Positions 54,922 to 63,996 of a stretch of DNA of 64,000 nucleotides are shown here, piece by piece; positions within the stretch are counted from its first letter, which is position 1, and the number at the start of each line of letters is the position of its first letter. The position numbers and the translations under genes are program-made. The notes under the pieces were generated by a model. It was not told the DNA's origin, made no database searches, and saw nothing but the letters and a program-made list of their open reading frames with translations. The stretch is from sequence record NC_048053.1. One strand, given 5' to 3'.

Positions 54922-55443
54922 ATGACTAAGAAAGTTATTTCCGGCCTGAACAAACAAATCAAATCCATCGAAAAATCCGATGCCGCTCTGGTGAAGACCA
55001 TCGAAGGTTTGCAGAAACAGCGTGAAAATCTGGCGTCTACCAAAGACGGTCTGAACGAACAGGTTGCTGCGCTGTCGGGCGAAGCTGCTCCGGTTAAAGG
55101 TAAAGCTAAGGCTGAACCGAAAGCTGCTAAAGGTAAAGCTAAAGCTGAACCGAAAGCTGCTAAAGGCAAAAAAGCTGCCGAAGAAAAACCGGCTAAAGTG
55201 AAAAAAGAAAAAGCCGCTAAAACTGAAAAGCCTGCTAAGGCTGACAAGAAAGCTGCGAAAGGCGAAGGCAAAAAAGCCAAAGCTGAAAAGCCTGCCAAAG
55301 CTGATAAGAAAGCTGCGAAAGGCGAAGGCAAAAAAGCCAAAGCTGAAAAGCCTGCTAAGGGCAAAAAAGTGAAAGGCGAAAAAGCCAGCAAGAAAAAAGG
55401 CAAAAACGCCGACGCAGGTTTTGAATTCGAACTGGACGATTAA
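54922..55443 (+). CDS. histone H1-like K/A/P-rich protein with N-terminal coiled coil
   Basis: 51 of 173 residues Lys by hand count; KGKAKAEPKAA and EKPAKADKKAAKGEGKKAKA repeats; gaggt RBS. Confidence 0.8.
   Translation: MTKKVISGLNKQIKSIEKSDAALVKTIEGLQKQRENLASTKDGLNEQVAALSGEAAPVKGKAKAEPKAAKGKAKAEPKAAKGKKAAEEKPAKVKKEKAAKTEKPAKADKKAAKGEGKKAKAEKPAKADKKAAKGEGKKAKAEKPAKGKKVKGEKASKKKGKNADAGFEFELDD
55096..55360 (+). repeat. in-frame tandem repeats (33 bp x2; 60 bp x2 plus partial)
   Basis: 55096-55161 and 55222-55360; copies differ mainly at synonymous sites. Confidence 0.85.
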
Positions 55444-55469
55444 TAGTTCCCTGCGCTGATTAAGTTGAT

Positions 55470-55501
55470 ACGGGTTAGGGATTTCTCCCTAGCCCGTTTT
55501 T
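55470..55501 (+). terminator. Rho-independent terminator
   Basis: cgggttaggga-tttc-tccctagcccg + T5. Confidence 0.85.
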
Positions 55502-55535
55502 CGTTTCTGACCGATTTTTCTCGATAGGTTTCTAA

Positions 55536-55877
55536 ATGGATCTTCACTCACGTTTCAAAAAACTTAACGATGATTTGCTCGAACTTCAAAATGCTGTTCA
55601 TCGCGTAGTTCGTATCTCTCCAACAAAATTCGCCGTTTGTTTTTATGATCGTCATGAGCAATCGCTGCGAACCAACGTTATTGACTCTCGTTCAGCACAC
55701 GAAATAAAACTCATTCAAGAAATGTCCGGTGCTGAGTTGCAGGCATACGGCAATTTCGTTTCTGCCATTCAGGAATGGTGTGAAGCTGAATCCCCCGGTG
55801 ATTTTCCTATCACGTATGACAAAGCAGACTCTGACAGCTACCGCACGCTGATTGATGCTATGACCGTTCGGGAATAG
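55536..55877 (+). CDS. hypothetical protein
   Basis: aggt RBS. Confidence 0.68.
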   Translation: MDLHSRFKKLNDDLLELQNAVHRVVRISPTKFAVCFYDRHEQSLRTNVIDSRSAHEIKLIQEMSGAELQAYGNFVSAIQEWCEAESPGDFPITYDKADSDSYRTLIDAMTVRE

Positions 55878-55879
55878 CA

Positions 55880-55937
55880 ACTCTGCAAATCTGTGTCCAA
55901 AACGTCGATAGCTTATCTAATACTTTAGTGCTAGAAT
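55880..55937 (+). promoter_or_regulatory. class-A phage promoter P10 (-10 TAGAAT), upstream of topoisomerase
   Basis: ACTCTGCAAA-tctg-TGTCCAAAA; 38-nt spacing. Confidence 0.8.
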
Positions 55938-55996
55938 AGGCGGCGGGGAAGTCCGTATATGTAGACGTGTGAGGGAATCACGTTCGGAGAAAAATC

Positions 55997-58072
55997 ATGG
56001 CAAAGAAAGCCGAAAAAATAACTGTTCTGAAAAAGAAACCTGTTTCTAAAGCAGTAGCGAAAGAAGTTAAGAGCAAGAAGAATGCTCAAGACGGATTCAC
56101 CGCGCTTTCTGCTATGGAAGGGTTGCGTAAAAACGCTGGCATGTATCTCGGCGAACCGGGCGAGGACATGGCGTATCGTAGCGTTAAAGAAGTTGTAGAT
56201 AACGCATACGATGAAGCAGTAGCAGGACGAAATAAATTAATCGAAGTCATCTTCAATGAAGACAAAGATATTTATATCGTCGCTGATGGCGCTGGCGGTA
56301 TTCCAACAACGCTGAAAAAACTTTATGACGGTACAACCGAAGCGATCATGACTTCCGCATTTACGCGTGTTCACGCTGGCGGTAAATTTGATAATGACGC
56401 ATACAAAACTTCTGCGGGTACTCACGGTGTAGGTGTTACTGCCGTTAACGCCGTATCCGAAAGAATTCGTGTGTGGTCAAACTTCGATAAGAAAACAAAA
56501 GGCATGGAATATTCCAAAGGTGAGTGCGTAACTGCAATCAAGAATTGGGAAGTCGATGCCGATGTAATGAAGCTGCTACAAGATCCGGCGAAGAAATACG
56601 GAACGATTGTTGCGTGGACACTTGATCAAACTGTTGTGAGTGTTGATGCGCGTCGTGGTAAGAAACTGCCGAAGGATTACACTCACGCAAAACTTAATGT
56701 TGAGCGCACGCGTAATTGGCTGCAAGCAATGTCGGATCTTAATCCGGGATTGGAAATTCGCTTCACGCATATCAAAGATAAAAAAGGTAAGCGTCAAGTT
56801 TTCCTGAATAAGAAAACTATGGGCGACGTTATCAAACGTATCGCCGAAGAACGCGAATTAGAACTGGACGGAAAGCCGTTTGAGTTGAAAACTGATTTCG
56901 TTAGTCTCGCGATCAGTTGGGCTGACTATCCGGATTCTGATCTTCTGCAAACGTTCGTCAACACATCGCCGACTATTGATCACGGTTGGCACGTAACAGG
57001 ATTCCGTAGCGCACTGGAAGCCGCGCTTAAACCTTTCCTGCCTACACCGAAGAAAGGAAGCAAAGCAAAACCAAAATCATTTACCGCCAGCGATTTGTTA
57101 GTTGGCGCGATTGGTATGTTCGACTGGCGAATGCACGGCGCACAATATACTTCGCAGGTGAAAGATAAACTTGCAAGTCGTGTTGAAAAAGAAGTTCAAG
57201 CGATTGTTGAAAAGCCGTTGACTGAATTCTTTGCTAAGAATAAATCTCTTGCGAAGAAAATCATTAAACGCGCAGAAGCAATGATGAAAGGTCGTGATGA
57301 ATTGAGCGCTGTTATTCGTTCAATGGCAGACACGAAGAAGAAAGTTGCAGGTAACTCGCTTCCTTCTTTCCTCGAAGCTGCGCCTCGCTGTAAACCGTTT
57401 GAGCGTGAATTAGTTGTGGTGGAAGGTGATTCCGCTGGCGGTACTGGTAAGAACGCTCGCGATCCTTTCTATCAAGAAATCATGAAAGCAGGCGGTAAAC
57501 CTCTTAACGGTTTGAAAGCTCCGCTGGCAAAAGTTCTTGTGCATAAACAGGTGCAAGGTTTGTTGGTGAGTATCGGCGCGGATTTAAAAACGCTCGATCC
57601 AAAAGCAGAAGCGCCAACGTTGAGCACGGAAAAATTGCGTATCGGCAATCTGTTGTTCCTCGCAGATGCTGACCCGGATGGCAGTCACATTAACACGCTG
57701 TTCCTTGCTGTTATTTATCGACTGTTGCCGGATATGATGCGCGAAGGCCGTGTGTGGGTTGTTGATGCTCCGCTATATAATGTGATGTACAAAGGCAAAC
57801 ACTATGGCGGCATGACGTTTGAAGAATGTCGTGCGATTGCACCTAGCGCGGTAAAAGATAGTGAGATCGTTCGTGCAAAAGGTTGGGGTGAAGTTAACCC
57901 TGATGTTCTGCGTGCGATTGCTTTCGATCCGGAAACGCGCCGACTCATTCGAATCAATCCGTTTGAGAATGCAGAGCAAGAACGTTTCTTCCGTGGTGTT
58001 GTTGCGGAGGATGCGATCTATCGCCGCCGTCTGTTAGGTCTGGTTGAAGTAAATGCAGGGGATGATGAATAA
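55997..58072 (+). CDS. parE: type IIA DNA topoisomerase ATPase/TOPRIM subunit (GyrB/ParE family)
   Basis: [51 protein letters not shown]. Confidence 0.92.
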   Translation: MAKKAEKITVLKKKPVSKAVAKEVKSKKNAQDGFTALSAMEGLRKNAGMYLGEPGEDMAYRSVKEVVDNAYDEAVAGRNKLIEVIFNEDKDIYIVADGAGGIPTTLKKLYDGTTEAIMTSAFTRVHAGGKFDNDAYKTSAGTHGVGVTAVNAVSERIRVWSNFDKKTKGMEYSKGECVTAIKNWEVDADVMKLLQDPAKKYGTIVAWTLDQTVVSVDARRGKKLPKDYTHAKLNVERTRNWLQAMSDLNPGLEIRFTHIKDKKGKRQVFLNKKTMGDVIKRIAEERELELDGKPFELKTDFVSLAISWADYPDSDLLQTFVNTSPTIDHGWHVTGFRSALEAALKPFLPTPKKGSKAKPKSFTASDLLVGAIGMFDWRMHGAQYTSQVKDKLASRVEKEVQAIVEKPLTEFFAKNKSLAKKIIKRAEAMMKGRDELSAVIRSMADTKKKVAGNSLPSFLEAAPRCKPFERELVVVEGDSAGGTGKNARDPFYQEIMKAGGKPLNGLKAPLAKVLVHKQVQGLLVSIGADLKTLDPKAEAPTLSTEKLRIGNLLFLADADPDGSHINTLFLAVIYRLLPDMMREGRVWVVDAPLYNVMYKGKHYGGMTFEECRAIAPSAVKDSEIVRAKGWGEVNPDVLRAIAFDPETRRLIRINPFENAEQERFFRGVVAEDAIYRRRLLGLVEVNAGDDE

Positions 58073-59754
58073 TGGCAACCATTAAGCCGAAGAAAAACGC
58101 GAAGCCAGAAAAAACGAAAGTTAAACCTGCTGCGAAATCGAAAGCCGTTGCGAAAAAATCAAAAGGCATTGAAGTTGCTGATATCAAGACGGGCAAAAAA
58201 CTCAAGAAGAAAACTAATACTGCAATCAGCACTGTAGTAGAAAGTAAGTATCCGCTCAAAGGACAGAAGCAAGAAAACATTCGCGATGAAGGTTTGGCTG
58301 CTTTTACTGAGCGTGAGTTGCGTAAGTACGGATCTTACGTTGTTGAAGATCGTGCCATTCCAGATTTTCGCGATGGGTTGAAACCTGTTCACCGTGCGAT
58401 CATTTGGGCAATGTCAGATCTCAACCTGTTACCTTCTGGTGGGTATAAAAAGAGTGCGCGTGTTGTTGGTGATGCTCTCGGTAAATATCATCCTCATGGT
58501 GATAGCGCGTGTTATGGCGCAATGGTTACGGTCGCTAACACCGTGCCTCCTGCGGTAGACGGTCAGGGCAATTGGGGTACACCAACTGATCCGTTCGCTG
58601 CGATGCGTTATACCGAAGCAAAACAAAGTCGTTTCACGCAAATGTTTTTGCTGGATAAAAACTATTTGCAAGTTACACCGATGGTAAGCAACTTCTCAAA
58701 CGATATGAAGTTGCCGCTGCATCTTCCTGCGCTGCTGCCTTTCATGCTGTTTGCTGGCACCGTTCCCGCTCCGGCCTATGGTGTGAAGTGTGGGAACCCA
58801 ACGTTCACTTTTGCTAGTGTTGCGCGTGTTGTGATTGATATGCTTAACGGTGTTGAATACGATCACAAAAAACTCGCGAAGACGTTAGTTATTCAGCATG
58901 AGTTTGGTTGTAAAAATATTACTTCCAGTAGCGAAATGTTGAACCTGATGCGAACCGGGCGCGGCAAAGTAACATACGAACCGGAAATGAAAATCGATCT
59001 GAAACGCAAAACGATTGTGATTCAGACTTTCGTTCCGCTCGGTTTCGCGTCGGAAGATGGCATTGAAAAAATGCTGATGAAGTTCTCAACCATTCAGGGC
59101 GTATCAACTGCGCATTCTGTTGGCGGTGAGCGAAACCCGGACGCGGGAACTTATGGTTGTGCTGTTGAAGTTGTTGCTGCGCGTGGCGTCGATGAAGATC
59201 GATTCTACGAAATCGCGCAAGAAGTTCAAAAGCTAGTTACCAAATCTGTTTCGTATATTCTCGGTGTTACTGTTCGTCACGGCGACAAGCCGAACAGCTT
59301 TAAGTATCTCGATTATCTCTCATACTTCAAAGCATGGGTGACGTATCGCAAGAAACTTGAAGTGCGTATGCTGGATTGGTTGATAGCGCGTGCGCAAAAA
59401 GAACTTCACTTACAGGAGGTTTATTTATTCGCGGTAGAGAACAAAGACAAGTTGCTTAAAGCACTGCCTAAAGTTCTGTCCTCGAAGACTCCAGATGAAG
59501 CTCTTGCAAAAGCAATCAAACTCCCGGTTGAAGATGCAAAAATAATTTTGGATCGTCAAGTGCGTAAGTTGGCAACACTTGAAAAAGCCGATCTGGTTGC
59601 GAAGATTAAAGCGTTGAAAGCAGATATCGCAGGCTGGCAGAAAGGGCTGAAAGCTCCGGGCAAGTATGCAGCGAAAGACACCGAAGATCGTGTTGTTCGT
59701 TACTTGAAAAATCCGGATGCTAATAAGCCTAAACTCGGCTACGGAAAACTGTAA
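58072..59754 (+). CDS. parC: type IIA DNA topoisomerase breakage-reunion subunit (ParC/GyrA family), no C-terminal pinwheel
   Basis: [49 protein letters not shown] (catalytic Tyr). Confidence 0.92.
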   Translation: MATIKPKKNAKPEKTKVKPAAKSKAVAKKSKGIEVADIKTGKKLKKKTNTAISTVVESKYPLKGQKQENIRDEGLAAFTERELRKYGSYVVEDRAIPDFRDGLKPVHRAIIWAMSDLNLLPSGGYKKSARVVGDALGKYHPHGDSACYGAMVTVANTVPPAVDGQGNWGTPTDPFAAMRYTEAKQSRFTQMFLLDKNYLQVTPMVSNFSNDMKLPLHLPALLPFMLFAGTVPAPAYGVKCGNPTFTFASVARVVIDMLNGVEYDHKKLAKTLVIQHEFGCKNITSSSEMLNLMRTGRGKVTYEPEMKIDLKRKTIVIQTFVPLGFASEDGIEKMLMKFSTIQGVSTAHSVGGERNPDAGTYGCAVEVVAARGVDEDRFYEIAQEVQKLVTKSVSYILGVTVRHGDKPNSFKYLDYLSYFKAWVTYRKKLEVRMLDWLIARAQKELHLQEVYLFAVENKDKLLKALPKVLSSKTPDEALAKAIKLPVEDAKIILDRQVRKLATLEKADLVAKIKALKADIAGWQKGLKAPGKYAAKDTEDRVVRYLKNPDANKPKLGYGKL

Positions 59755-59833
59755 ATACTAATTGGGATCTGTAGACTAGGAATATTCCTAATACTGTAAA
59801 TAATAGTAATTAGGAACTGTAAACAGATCCCTT
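59749..59833 (+). promoter_or_regulatory. cluster of CTGTAAATA motifs inside a long inverted repeat
   Basis: CTGTAAATA at 59749 and 59794, CTGTAAACA at 59817; gggatctgt...acagatccc; palindrome taggaatattccta. Confidence 0.5.
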
Positions 59834-59903
59834 TTCCGCATATCAATGTTCTGATATGCTTAGAGTCAAAGACGGCTCTCACTCTCGTTACGAGGTTATT
59901 TGA

Positions 59904-61094
59904 ATGAACTCTCCAGTTGTTGCACTACGCAACCGTATTGATGATGTTGTTGAAGCATTAACTCTCATCAAGAATGGCTCCCTGTTGAAGCGCTCCGATG
60001 TTGTCGGTGCGTTGCATGAAGCTGATGTTGAATCAGCAAAGGTTGTCAAAGAGGTGCGTAGTAGTGTCTATAAATCCTATCCTGATGTGCTCGAATGTAA
60101 AAGCGGATTCACTGCCGCGCTTACAACCTGCGTATCGCTGGCGGGAATGCTGAAATCAAAATCAATTTCACGTCCTGCTTTCTTGAAGAAAATTTCTTCG
60201 GTACTCGAAAATCTGCGCGGTATTCGCATCGACGTTGAGCGTGCGTTAACCTATCTGCCGGAAGACGAGAACAGCGATGTAGAAGACCGGGCAATCTCTC
60301 GACGTGAAGCGCGTGAGCGTGCGGCATCGTCAAAAACTTCCCGACTGTTAGAACAAATGCACGCGAAATATTCGCACAAAGTTCCGACCAAACTGAAAGG
60401 CGCGATCTATCTGACCACGCTTCCTCTTATGGCACGGTTTGGAACGTTTTCGATGAATCCGGACAATCTCTCAAAGCTCGGCTTTAAAGTTCACAACGCT
60501 GGCCTGCATTCGGCTCCTAGTTCCGATCTTGGAATCGTGCTAGAAGAACAGCTTGTGATGTTTTTTCGCATGAGCGACGCGCTAGAGAATTCAGAAGAGA
60601 CTTCGAAGAAATTTAAATCAGGCGGCGTAAACAAAGAGCGAACTGATTTGCAGAAACGACGCAATTCAGAACGCCGTGAATTACGTTTGCTTAATCAGAA
60701 TTTGGAGGGTGTGACAAATATCAATCTCAAGAAAGCGATCAATAAGCGAATTGTGAAAACGCAGAAAGCGATTGATGAACTGTCAGCAAAAATTGATAAC
60801 CTAAATGAAAGTGTGAAACAGCACAATTCAACTGCGCGTGTGGTTCGGCAAATGAATAACACCACGGAGATCAGCATACTTAATTACGCTGCGCCTATTT
60901 TGGACAGCTTGAATGCTAAAGCAAGTTCCGACTACGGATTGTTTACGACTAAGCCGTTGTCTGGACTCATGGCTGATAGCGATGTGTTTGCTCTCTGGTT
61001 AATGCCGAAGCCGACGATTAAGATGTTACTCAAACTAACGAACGGGGATACCAAATTGGATACGTGGTTCCTGCCGTGGTCTAATGGCCGCTGA
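59904..61094 (+). CDS. hypothetical protein with coiled coil (396 aa)
   Basis: gagg RBS. Confidence 0.78.
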   Translation: MNSPVVALRNRIDDVVEALTLIKNGSLLKRSDVVGALHEADVESAKVVKEVRSSVYKSYPDVLECKSGFTAALTTCVSLAGMLKSKSISRPAFLKKISSVLENLRGIRIDVERALTYLPEDENSDVEDRAISRREARERAASSKTSRLLEQMHAKYSHKVPTKLKGAIYLTTLPLMARFGTFSMNPDNLSKLGFKVHNAGLHSAPSSDLGIVLEEQLVMFFRMSDALENSEETSKKFKSGGVNKERTDLQKRRNSERRELRLLNQNLEGVTNINLKKAINKRIVKTQKAIDELSAKIDNLNESVKQHNSTARVVRQMNNTTEISILNYAAPILDSLNAKASSDYGLFTTKPLSGLMADSDVFALWLMPKPTIKMLLKLTNGDTKLDTWFLPWSNGR

Positions 61095-61626
61095 AAATAG
61101 ATTGTATGCGAATGAACGTAATGGATTAACGCAATGTTGTATTTGTGGAACGTTCACAAAAGCAATTCATTGGCACCATACGATTCCGCAATCTCTCGGA
61201 GGCAAGGACAGTCTCCAGATTCCGTTGGATGGAAATTGCCACACTGCATTGCACGCGAAAGCGAGTGCAGTTGTAAGCAAGATGCACGGAAAAAGAAAAA
61301 CTCCCGTTGGTGAATTTTGGGATGATCCGAAAGCTGAACAAGCCGCCGAAGTATGGTTAAAAATCCTTGTCGATGCGATGCTTGTTCCACCTGTCGATCC
61401 TTCATCCAAAATGATTTTGCTCCCGTCTATTCAGGTGGACGTGGAGACAAGACACGCACTTGAATTGTTGAAGCGTGATACTCCCGGCATAACATCAATG
61501 TCGCAAGTTCTCCGCTTTTGCATAGAAGCAACACTTAAAATTAAGGGTTTGAGAAACGATGAGCAGCAAGAATTTTCGCACAGTAGATCTGAAAGAAATG
61601 GTAAAAAGCACCGTGACTTGTGGTGA
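61084..61626 (+). CDS. HNH-motif protein with possible C-terminal ribbon-helix-helix
   Basis: CCICG..HWHHTIPQSLGG..NCHTALH; IQVDVETRHALELLK..SMSQVLRFCI. Confidence 0.7.
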   Translation: MAAENRLYANERNGLTQCCICGTFTKAIHWHHTIPQSLGGKDSLQIPLDGNCHTALHAKASAVVSKMHGKRKTPVGEFWDDPKAEQAAEVWLKILVDAMLVPPVDPSSKMILLPSIQVDVETRHALELLKRDTPGITSMSQVLRFCIEATLKIKGLRNDEQQEFSHSRSERNGKKHRDLW

Positions 61627-62437
61627 TTGCCGTGGCCTTAATCGTGATGTGCTTATCCCTTCCGCTACGAAGCCTTGCGAAAGTCTCGGCAAGCTGGAAG
61701 ACAGTAAGATGTGCAAACATTTTCGCACGAACACTTACGATCTGCGGCGACTGATGGAAGAGGGCGGGGATGGTCTGGTCGCTCTGTTCCAACTGTTCGG
61801 AAATATGGAAGAGAAAGATCTGCGTATCATTTCTATGATGTTGTTGCGTGAGGCGAATACACGTAAGCATGGCGTGAAAATGGGCCAGCCTGTTTTCATT
61901 CGTTATCGTGGGCGTGAATCTCGCAACTACCTGAACAATTTTATGGCGGCACGTATTCTGGATATCGACGACAAAGAAATTCGTTTGATTTCTGAAACAG
62001 GCAATATCGTGCTTACTTACCCTAACACCGGATTGGCTGGCCCGTCTGTTTATTCGAAGTCAGAATTTAAAACGCTGGCGAAGAAAATGAAAGCGGAAGG
62101 CAAGATTAACGATCCAGAACGCGAGATCAAAACCGTTAAGAAATATTTGCCAGAAGAAGATGTGAAATTTAAAGTTCCAACTATTCTGGATGGATTCTCT
62201 GTTCCCAACATGGACGAAGTTGTGAAAGGCAAGGGCGGCAAGAAGAAACGTAAGACGAACACTCTCATTGATATCGTAAGCATGATTGATAGTGGTAGTC
62301 TGATGGGCGCTCACGCTGATGACGAAGATGGTGCATTGGAGTTAGGCGAAGACCAATACCAAAGCACAACGAAAACTAAGGTCAAGCCTAAGAAGAAAAA
62401 ACGTAAGGCTGGCCCGATTGAGTTAAGTGATTATTGA
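61559..62437 (+). CDS. hypothetical protein with N-terminal Cys4 zinc site and basic tail
   Basis: TCGDC..KPC..MCKHF. Confidence 0.72.
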   Translation: MSSKNFRTVDLKEMVKSTVTCGDCRGLNRDVLIPSATKPCESLGKLEDSKMCKHFRTNTYDLRRLMEEGGDGLVALFQLFGNMEEKDLRIISMMLLREANTRKHGVKMGQPVFIRYRGRESRNYLNNFMAARILDIDDKEIRLISETGNIVLTYPNTGLAGPSVYSKSEFKTLAKKMKAEGKINDPEREIKTVKKYLPEEDVKFKVPTILDGFSVPNMDEVVKGKGGKKKRKTNTLIDIVSMIDSGSLMGAHADDEDGALELGEDQYQSTTKTKVKPKKKKRKAGPIELSDY

Positions 62438-62483
62438 TTTGATTCATTTTTGTTTTTAGCAAAATTCGTTAACAAAATCGCTC

Positions 62484-63632
62484 ATGGGGTTATTAGCAGT
62501 GAAACAAGATTCTTTGTCAAAATTTATTGAGACTAAACTTTTAATCAAACGGAATTCTTCTGCGTTTCGCGTTGTGTATGCGGCGACGGTGCGTTACTTA
62601 GCCTGCGGGTTTAAGTCCATCGCTGAGTATCACAGTATTCTGCAAAAGTACGTTGACTTTAATCAGTTTGAGTTCTCCGCTGCCGACTTCCGTATTCAGG
62701 TTGGATCGGTATGCCGTTTTGTCACGAACATTCGTTTTTATGCTTTATCCATTTGTCTTGCAAAGCAGGACAATTTAAAACGCGTTGTGCTTTCGTATAA
62801 AAAGTTTGGTGTGCGTCGCCGTGATGCACAATTAATTTGGAAGTTAATGCTGGCAGATATTCGCTGCCGTAAAATGCTATTGAAGACCGCAAAGCAAAAA
62901 CACAAAACGTTATGTGCTGCGCAAGTCAATCATCATGAATTGCAACTGCGAATGAATCAGATAAATGAACTGACTGAGGTTCTGAATAAAAACATTAAGT
63001 CGCGAGTGAAAAAGCAATTGCGTTGGGTGATGACTGCGCACAACATTACTTGGCAAGATATCGTGTGTGACGTTACGTGTAAACTGATCGTAAGCTACTA
63101 TAACAGCTTGCCGAATGCTTATTCGTTCCAACACCAACTTAACTATCTGCGCCGCTCGTTGGAAAATATAATTCATAACATGAACCATTATTACGCGGCA
63201 GATTGTCGCAAGCGTATGCAAAAATCTGGTGACGGTTTTGAATTGATCGTTATGTCAGACAATCAACTCAATCGCAATGTCGGTTTGGGTGATTCTGAAA
63301 ATGAACGAAGCTATGAAGATCTTGCGGAACCAACATCGGCTCCTGTAGAACAACTGGAAACTAATATCGCTATTGAACGTCTGCTTGCAAAAAATGCAGG
63401 CAAGAAGCGCGGTAAACTTTACAGTGTTGTTCTTGGACGCGATGAACACGGATTCTCTGAATATCTGGCGCACAATAACTTATTAGGAAAACGTCTGAGT
63501 AACGGAACGGAATGGCTCGTAGCTAAACCAATCGCAACCGTGCGTAAGGTGCTGGCGAAGTGGCTTAACGTTTCGGTAGAGGCAGTGGAAAGCGGCCTCA
63601 ATACTCTGAGAACTGCGTTACAGATTGCATGA
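62484..63632 (+). CDS. divergent sigma70-family RNA polymerase sigma factor
   Basis: region-2-like WQDIVCDVTCKL..YLRRSLENIIHN; region-4.2-like VLAKWLNVSVEAVESGLNTLRTAL. Confidence 0.55.
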   Translation: MGLLAVKQDSLSKFIETKLLIKRNSSAFRVVYAATVRYLACGFKSIAEYHSILQKYVDFNQFEFSAADFRIQVGSVCRFVTNIRFYALSICLAKQDNLKRVVLSYKKFGVRRRDAQLIWKLMLADIRCRKMLLKTAKQKHKTLCAAQVNHHELQLRMNQINELTEVLNKNIKSRVKKQLRWVMTAHNITWQDIVCDVTCKLIVSYYNSLPNAYSFQHQLNYLRRSLENIIHNMNHYYAADCRKRMQKSGDGFELIVMSDNQLNRNVGLGDSENERSYEDLAEPTSAPVEQLETNIAIERLLAKNAGKKRGKLYSVVLGRDEHGFSEYLAHNNLLGKRLSNGTEWLVAKPIATVRKVLAKWLNVSVEAVESGLNTLRTALQIA

Positions 63633-63996
63633 GGTTACAATGTATCGTTGTCTTGATTCCGAACTCGAAAAATCTGCTTTTACTTTATTCCCGCGCACGC
63701 TTGACACCGAATATAAACGTGCGTTGTGTTATGTAGTTTTTCATCACGTTAAAAAATCTAATATTGCGCAGGTGAGTCGCCTTGTTCACGATATCCATTC
63801 GAAGTACGCGTACAATCGCGAGGATATCAAAGCGGCGCTCTCTGTTTTAAAAAGTCCTTATGCGTTTCGTGCGGTAGATATGTTCATGGACAGAGATCAG
63901 AAAAATCGTCTCGTCCGTGTAGCTCGCGATGCTAATATTGCAGAGTGGCTGTCGGAAGTAGAAGAAAAATATCCGCACGTAACTTGCATGATGTAG
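63625..63996 (+). CDS. hypothetical protein
   Basis: ORF after sigma-like gene; ATG at 63640 with gagg RBS also plausible. Confidence 0.68.
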   Translation: MHEVTMYRCLDSELEKSAFTLFPRTLDTEYKRALCYVVFHHVKKSNIAQVSRLVHDIHSKYAYNREDIKAALSVLKSPYAFRAVDMFMDRDQKNRLVRVARDANIAEWLSEVEEKYPHVTCMM

